From Candidatus Limnocylindrales bacterium (lineage in GTDB: Bacteria > Chloroflexota > Limnocylindria > Limnocylindrales > CSP1-4): a stretch of 64,000 nt of DNA. The DNA lies in contig JBBRSJ010000014.1 of the NCBI GenBank assembly GCA_038245515.1, positions 12,955 to 76,954 on the forward strand, read 5' to 3'. Within the stretch, counting starts at the first letter, position 1. Each line of letters opens with the position of its first letter. The position numbers and the translations under genes were made by a program. The notes below the pieces were generated by a model that was given only the letters and a program-made list of their open reading frames with translations, ran no database searches and was not told where the DNA came from. Of the stretch, positions 58,899 through 64,000 are shown one piece after another.

Positions 58899-58929
58899 GG
58901 GGCTGGCGATCGGATGGTCCTCCGGGGGG

Positions 58930-60294
58930 TCAGACGAGGGTCGGTTCGGGGGTCGGTTCCTGTGCCGCGTCGGCCGCGGCTGGCCCGGCACCAGCCACTG
59001 TGCCCGCCCCCACGGTTGCGGCACGCGCTGCCGCGAGCGCCCGGGTGAAATCGGCTGTCAGGTCATCGAGGTCCTCGAGTCCGACCGAGCAGCGGAGCAG
59101 CCCGGAAGTGATTCCGGCGGCCGCGAGGGCGTCGTCGTCGAGCTGGCGATGGGTGGTCGAGGGCGGGTGGCTGACGATCGTGAAGACGCTCCCGAGCGAC
59201 GCCGTCCGCTCCGGGATCGTCAGGCGGTCGATGAACGCCCGGCCCGCGGCCCGTCCGCCCTCGAGCTCGAACGCGAGCATGCCGCCGCCGAGCAGCGCCG
59301 ACCCGCGGATCAGCTCCCGCCGGGCGACCTCGTGCTGGGGATGGCTCGCCAGCGCCGGGTGCCACACGCGACGGACCCCCGGCTGTGCCTCCAGCCACGC
59401 CCCGAGCGCCGCCGCGGTCGCCGAGTGGCGCTCCATCCGCAGGGCAAGAGTCGAGAGGCCACGCATCGCGAGGAACGCCGCGTGCGGATCGAGGCTTGCG
59501 CCCGTGTCGACCTGGAAGTCGCGGACCCGGTGAACCAGGCTCGTCGCGCCGCTGACGACGCCGGCCATCACGTCGCTATGGCCCGCCAGGTACTTCGTTG
59601 CTGACTCGACGACGAGATCCGCACCGAGCTCCGCCGGCCGGCACAGATAGGGCGAGGCGAACGTGTTGTCGACGATGTACAGGGCACCGAACCGGTGGGC
59701 GAGGTCGGCCAGGGCGACGTGGTCGGCGATGACGATCGTCGGGTTGGCGATCGTCTCGGCGTAGAGGACCCGGGTCGGCGCCGCGGCGAGGGCCGCCTCG
59801 ACCGCGATCAGGTCGGTGATGTCGACGAAGGTCGTCGCGACGCCGAGCCGCCCGAAGACACCCGTGAGCTGGGCGCGGGTCGTGCCGTACGTCGCCTGGG
59901 TCACGACGACGCGATCGCCGGCCGAGAGCACCGTACCGAGCGCGGCGTGGATCGCGCCCATCCCGGACGCGAAGGCGAACCCGGCCTCGGCGCCCTCGAG
60001 CTCGGCGACGGCCGCGGCGAAGGCGACGACGGTCGGGTTGTCGAGGCGGCCGTAGGCGTAGCCCGGGACCTCGCGGTTGGCGACGGCACCGAGCTCGTCG
60101 GCGTCGGCGGCCGAGAACGTCACGGTCTGGTAGATCGGCACCGATGTCGGGGCCTGGTCGACGACCGGCAGGCGGTGGGCCGCGAGGATGGCGCGGGTGG
60201 CGAAGCCGGTCGGCGCTGGATCCGGGATCGGGTCGGCCGGGCTGGCATCTGCGGTGAATGCGCTTGGCGGCGACGGGAGCTCGGGATCGGCCAT
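58930..60294 (-). CDS. Cys/Met-metabolism PLP-dependent enzyme (cystathionine gamma-synthase / O-acylhomoserine sulfhydrylase family)
   Basis: PIYQTVTF, YGRLDNPT, SGMGAI and the PLP-lysine motif ESATKYLAGHSD are present. Confidence 0.85.
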   Translation of the reverse strand: MADPELPSPPSAFTADASPADPIPDPAPTGFATRAILAAHRLPVVDQAPTSVPIYQTVTFSAADADELGAVANREVPGYAYGRLDNPTVVAFAAAVAELEGAEAGFAFASGMGAIHAALGTVLSAGDRVVVTQATYGTTRAQLTGVFGRLGVATTFVDITDLIAVEAALAAAPTRVLYAETIANPTIVIADHVALADLAHRFGALYIVDNTFASPYLCRPAELGADLVVESATKYLAGHSDVMAGVVSGATSLVHRVRDFQVDTGASLDPHAAFLAMRGLSTLALRMERHSATAAALGAWLEAQPGVRRVWHPALASHPQHEVARRELIRGSALLGGGMLAFELEGGRAAGRAFIDRLTIPERTASLGSVFTIVSHPPSTTHRQLDDDALAAAGITSGLLRCSVGLEDLDDLTADFTRALAAARAATVGAGTVAGAGPAAADAAQEPTPEPTLV

Positions 60295-60304
60295 CGAGCC
60301 GATG

Positions 60305-61606
60305 CTACACCGACTCGTCGGCCGGCCGGCGCGCGGCCTCCAGCGGCCCGTCGGAAGCCTGACGGCCGGGCGCGTCGTCGTCCATCACCGGGACCCCGGT
60401 CACGCGGTTCTTGCCCATCCGCTTCGAGTGATACATCGAGCTGTCGGCGGTGATCATCAGCTCGTCGCTCGTCCTGCCGTCCTCCGGGTAGCTGACGACT
60501 CCGATCGAGATCGACGGCTGGATCATCGAGCCCGCCACGTCGACCCGTAGCTCGGCGACGCCGAAGCGGACCTTCTCGGCGAGGACGTAGGCGCCGGTCG
60601 GATCGGTCTCGGGCAGGAGGACGACGAACTCATCGCCGCCGTAGCGGGCTGCCGTGTCGATCCGCCGGCCGCCCGAGCGGATCACCTCGCCGACGCCACG
60701 CAGCACCCGATCCCCGAAGAAGTGGCCGTGCCGGTCGTTGATCAGCTTGAGCTCGTCGAGATCCATCATCAGCAGGCAGAAGCCGCGGCCCGACCGCGCG
60801 CTCCGGGCGATCTCGCGCTCGACCGCGGCGAAGAAGAAGGTCCGATTGAACAGCCCGGTCAGCGGGTCGATCGTCGAGAGCCGGATTGCCGCATCCCGGG
60901 CACGCCGCTGCTCACGGGCGATGACCATCGCGACGTAGGCCAGCAGGACCAGCGCGGTCACGTTGATCCCGACGACCGCGACGGTCTGCGGCGGCAGCCC
61001 GCCGCTCCCGGGCGGCGCGATCGCGACGAGGTAGGCGATCGACGCCGCGGCGGCGAGCCCCAGGGTGATGCGCGGGCTCACGACCAGCGCGGCGCCGCCG
61101 ACGATCAGGGGAAAGGTAAAGAAGAAGGGGCTGGCGTCGCGGCCCGTGAGGACGACGAGGAGCGTTGCGAAGGTGACCGCGACGCTGCCCTCGAGCACGA
61201 ACTTGGCGGTCCCGAGCGCTCCGGTCGGGAGCAGGTCGTGGACGACGAGGACGAACAGGCCGGCGGCGGCGAGCAGGGCGAAGATCGCGGCCTGGTTGGC
61301 GATCCACAGCCCGGTGATCGCGACGATCGTCGAGGTCGCGAGGATGAACACCCAGGATACGATCCGGACGACCCGGTCGTAGGCGCCCGTCGGCACGCCG
61401 CCCGGATTGGTCAGGTCGACCGGTCCGCCCTCGCCGAGAACGGCCGCCAGCTCGGCGGTCCGGCGCTCACCCGTGTCGTCGGGGCCGATTCGGTCGAACC
61501 GCGCGCCGCGGCGACCGAGGATCGGCGGCAGCACGACAGCCGCCATCACCACCAGGTTGGCCACCACGGCGAGCAGGATCAGCGTCTGGACCGGTTCCAC
61601 CGGCAC
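60305..61606 (-). CDS. membrane-anchored GGDEF diguanylate cyclase
   Basis: About 6 N-terminal TM helices, followed by DPLTGLFNR, DLDELKLINDRHGH and the active site RYGGDEF. Confidence 0.9.
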   Translation of the reverse strand: MPVEPVQTLILLAVVANLVVMAAVVLPPILGRRGARFDRIGPDDTGERRTAELAAVLGEGGPVDLTNPGGVPTGAYDRVVRIVSWVFILATSTIVAITGLWIANQAAIFALLAAAGLFVLVVHDLLPTGALGTAKFVLEGSVAVTFATLLVVLTGRDASPFFFTFPLIVGGAALVVSPRITLGLAAAASIAYLVAIAPPGSGGLPPQTVAVVGINVTALVLLAYVAMVIAREQRRARDAAIRLSTIDPLTGLFNRTFFFAAVEREIARSARSGRGFCLLMMDLDELKLINDRHGHFFGDRVLRGVGEVIRSGGRRIDTAARYGGDEFVVLLPETDPTGAYVLAEKVRFGVAELRVDVAGSMIQPSISIGVVSYPEDGRTSDELMITADSSMYHSKRMGKNRVTGVPVMDDDAPGRQASDGPLEAARRPADESV

Positions 61607-61832
61607 GCTCGGACCTCATCAAGGCACGCCGGGGACAGGCGTCCCGCGATTCATCGCATCGTAGCCGGTCGGATGCTGCGCACGCCTCACCCGCTTCGCG
61701 TCGATCTTGCGGTCGCCCACGATTCGGGTGCCACGGCGCACCGCCGCGTAGCGACGGATCTGTCGGACGATCCGGTGGTCGCTCGGCGTCAGGAAGGCAG
61801 ATCGCGATCGGCTCCGCGATGACGAAATCCCG

Positions 61833-62318
61833 TCAGCGGGTGCCCCATTGATACGACTGCTTGACCATCCGGAGGTACACGAACGTCTCGGTCTCGCGGA
61901 CGCCATCGATCGTCCGAAGCCGCTCCGCGAGGAAGCGGAGGAGGCCCTCGTTGTCCTCGCAGACCGTCTCGATCAGGATGTCGTAGGTGCCGGCGGTGAT
62001 CACGACGTAGTCGACCTCCGGCATCTCGGCGCACTTGGCGGCGACATCCATCAGGTGGTCGGCCTCGCACCGGATCCCGATCATCGCCATCTGCTGGAAG
62101 CCGAGCTTGAGCGGATCCGTGACGCCGACGACCTGGAGGATCCCGCGCTCGACGAGCCGGTTCGTCCGGGCCCGCACGGCGGCCTCCGAAACGCCGAGGT
62201 CGGCGGCGATCTGGGTGAACGGGCGGCGGCCGTCCCGCTGGAGGTGCTCGATGATCCGCTTGTCGAGATCGGAGACGTCCTCGCCCGGCCGACCGGCCTG
62301 GCGGCGCGTGCCGGTCAC
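61833..62318 (-). CDS. Lrp/AsnC family transcriptional regulator
   Basis: The helix-turn-helix LDKRIIEHLQRDGRRPFTQIAADLGVSEAAVRARTNRL is followed by a C-terminal RAM domain. Confidence 0.9.
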   Translation of the reverse strand: MTGTRRQAGRPGEDVSDLDKRIIEHLQRDGRRPFTQIAADLGVSEAAVRARTNRLVERGILQVVGVTDPLKLGFQQMAMIGIRCEADHLMDVAAKCAEMPEVDYVVITAGTYDILIETVCEDNEGLLRFLAERLRTIDGVRETETFVYLRMVKQSYQWGTR

Positions 62319-62938
62319 GGCTTCGGGCTCGGTTTCGGGGAGGCCTGGGCCGGGGGCGCCGGAGTGAACGTGGGAGCGGCGGTCCGGCTCGGGACTGCGA
62401 CGATCGAGCGCTCGGCAAGTGGCGAGAGAAGCGGGTCGAGGGCGGCGAAGATGGATGCTGCGGCCTGCTGGCGCGTCGCGTCGGGGACCGCCGGCGGCCG
62501 AACGTCGATCGGCCCGAACCGGATCAGGACGTTCAGCCCGGCGAACGCATACGGCGCCTCACCACCACCGGGCGCGGCGCCGGGCTTCCAGTTGAGCGCC
62601 TTGTGGAGCGCCGCAGACGAGCGGTACTCGATGATCCGCAGCGGCCAGCTGCCGAGGTCGGCGTTGATCTGCTGGACGATGGCGGGGTTGCCATTCCCAG
62701 AGCTGGCATTGGTGCCGACGATCGGCAGCCGCGCCGAGCCGAGCGCCTGGAAGATCACGTCGGCGGTGACCGGCTCGGTCAGGTGCGGGTTGGGGGTGAT
62801 CACGGGCGTCGGCGCGGGCGTCGGCGAATTGGACGCGACGACGGCCGCCGGTCCGCAACCGACGGCGATCAACGCGACGAGGCCGACTGCCAGGACGGAC
62901 AGGCGGCTCCCCCGGACGGATTGATTCGAATGTCGCAT
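62315..62938 (-). CDS. hypothetical lipoprotein
   Basis: ATG 62938, followed by the signal peptide with lipobox LVALIAVGC. The stop overlaps the lrp start by 4 nt. Confidence 0.65.
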   Translation of the reverse strand: MRHSNQSVRGSRLSVLAVGLVALIAVGCGPAAVVASNSPTPAPTPVITPNPHLTEPVTADVIFQALGSARLPIVGTNASSGNGNPAIVQQINADLGSWPLRIIEYRSSAALHKALNWKPGAAPGGGEAPYAFAGLNVLIRFGPIDVRPPAVPDATRQQAAASIFAALDPLLSPLAERSIVAVPSRTAAPTFTPAPPAQASPKPSPKP

Positions 62939-63015
62939 GGCCGGCGGGATGCTAGCACGGTCTTCGCACCGATTGAGCCCTGACGGAAGTACTTCGGCAC
63001 CGGACCGTGCGGCGA

Positions 63016-63933
63016 TCACGACCGATCCAGGAATGGCAGCACGGCTGCGAATCGCTCGATCGACGGCCGATCGATCGGGTCGAGGACGACCTGGACCTCG
63101 TCGATCCCGGCCGCGGCGTACGCCCGCAGCCCGGCCGCGATCGTCTCCGGCGGCCCCTCGAGCGGGACGGTGCGCTCGGTGGTGGAGTCACCGCCCATCT
63201 GGCGCCCCGTGCCGCCCGGCATCCGGACATGGACCGCGACGGTCCGCTCGATCGTCGCGGGATCCCGCCCAACGTCCCGGCATGCGGCGTCGACGACCTC
63301 GCCCAGGGGCGCGACGCCGTCGGGAGAGTTGGCGGTGTCCGCGAACCAGGCATTCCAGGCATGGACGTACGGGAGGGTGATCCGGAGCATCCGCGGCCCG
63401 ACCGACCCGATGAGGAGCTTCGGCCCGCCCGGCCGCGGTCGCGGCAGGAGCTCGCAGTCGCGGGCCTGGTAGAACTCGCCGGCGAAGTCGATCGTGCCCT
63501 CCTGGAGGAGCGTCCGGATGATCGTGAACGCCTCCTCGAACCGCGCGATCCGGCGATCGAACGGAAAGCCGAACGCGCGGAACTCGGTCTCGTTCCAACC
63601 GGCGCCGAGGCCGAAAACGAACCGCCCGCCGGCGATCTCGTCGACGGTTGCCGCCTGCTTCGCGAGGAGTGCCGGATTGTGAAAGGCGGTGCACGCAACG
63701 AGCGGCCCGATCGTGACCCGGCTCGTCGCCGACGCGAGGGCCGCCATCAGCGTCCACGCCTCCCACGGTCCTCGGGCCGGCCGATCCGGCCACCGATAGA
63801 GGAGGTGCTCGCCGACCCACACTGCGTCGAACCCGGAATCCTCGATGGCCCGGGCGAGGTCGAGGAGCTCCGGCCAGCGGACCTCGCGCTCGACCTCGGG
63901 CAGTTGGATCCCGACGCGAAGCGGGCGGGTCAT
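63016..63933 (-). CDS. LLM-class (luciferase-like) probable F420-dependent oxidoreductase
   Basis: FDAVWVGEHLL, GRFVFGLGAGWNETEF and an overall TIM-barrel LLM pattern. Confidence 0.85.
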   Translation of the reverse strand: MTRPLRVGIQLPEVEREVRWPELLDLARAIEDSGFDAVWVGEHLLYRWPDRPARGPWEAWTLMAALASATSRVTIGPLVACTAFHNPALLAKQAATVDEIAGGRFVFGLGAGWNETEFRAFGFPFDRRIARFEEAFTIIRTLLQEGTIDFAGEFYQARDCELLPRPRPGGPKLLIGSVGPRMLRITLPYVHAWNAWFADTANSPDGVAPLGEVVDAACRDVGRDPATIERTVAVHVRMPGGTGRQMGGDSTTERTVPLEGPPETIAAGLRAYAAAGIDEVQVVLDPIDRPSIERFAAVLPFLDRS

Positions 63934-64000
63934 GACGGCCGTCCTTCGCCGACCGCAGCCAGGCCGATGGCATCGACCGCGACCGTGAACGCGAGCGCGG
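63930..64000 (-). CDS. 3' end of an unidentified gene (continues beyond the window)
   Basis: Its TGA overlaps ATG 63933 (ATGA). Only 23 codons are visible (...ALAFTVAVDAIGLAAVGEGRPS). Confidence 0.3.
   Translation of the reverse strand, partial: ALAFTVAVDAIGLAAVGEGRPS

Noticed and set aside
61619-61906. 95-aa minus-strand ORF in the GGDEF-Lrp spacer, with a faint hexapeptide-acetyltransferase-like stretch (TPSDH...RIVGDRKID)
   Set aside because: The similarity is weak. The ORF overlaps the lrp 3' end and is Arg/Ser-rich at its start. At best it is a decayed remnant, and that cannot be supported without a database search.

Overview
High-GC (roughly 70%) bacterial chromosomal window, probably Actinomycetota- or Chloroflexota-like (inferred from F420-type enzymes, the zwf-opcA-pgl operon and leaderless-type promoters). 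It is densely packed with about 60 genes, many joined by 4-nt ATGA/GTGA start-stop overlaps. Most of it is ordinary housekeeping and accessory metabolism. This includes the oxidative pentose-phosphate operon, citrate synthase, CorA, a CDF exporter, a NarL-type two-component pair next to an ABC-2 transporter, several MFS and DMT transporters, an SbcCD-like pair, tandem glutamine synthetases (type I plus type III) with a PucR regulator, ResB, a GGDEF protein, and Lrp with an LLM oxidoreductase.

The stand-out feature is a complete selenocysteine-decoding island at about 28.6-36.8 kb. It contains mobA, selB, selA and tRNA-Sec on the minus strand, and a divergent selD translationally coupled to a GT2 glycosyltransferase. 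The island also holds a formate dehydrogenase catalytic gene with an in-frame UGA followed by an fdhF-type SECIS hairpin.

This FDH alpha subunit appears to be naturally split and permuted. The Sec/molybdopterin module (34912-36825) lacks its N-terminal Fe-S domains. Those domains are encoded about 4.4 kb downstream (41179-42255), after a NuoE-NuoF fusion and next to fdhD.

Other oddities are:
- an MBL-fold hydrolase interrupted by an in-frame TAG;
- a VOC gene with a 1-nt frameshift;
- an unexplained 726-bp non-coding region with 36-nt periodic repeats;
- a (GGCGACG)x6 microsatellite in a divergent promoter;
- a repeat cluster upstream of tRNA-Pro.

I saw no transposase, integrase, CRISPR array or recognisable defence system. 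All functional calls come from reading the motifs by eye, and no database search was run.
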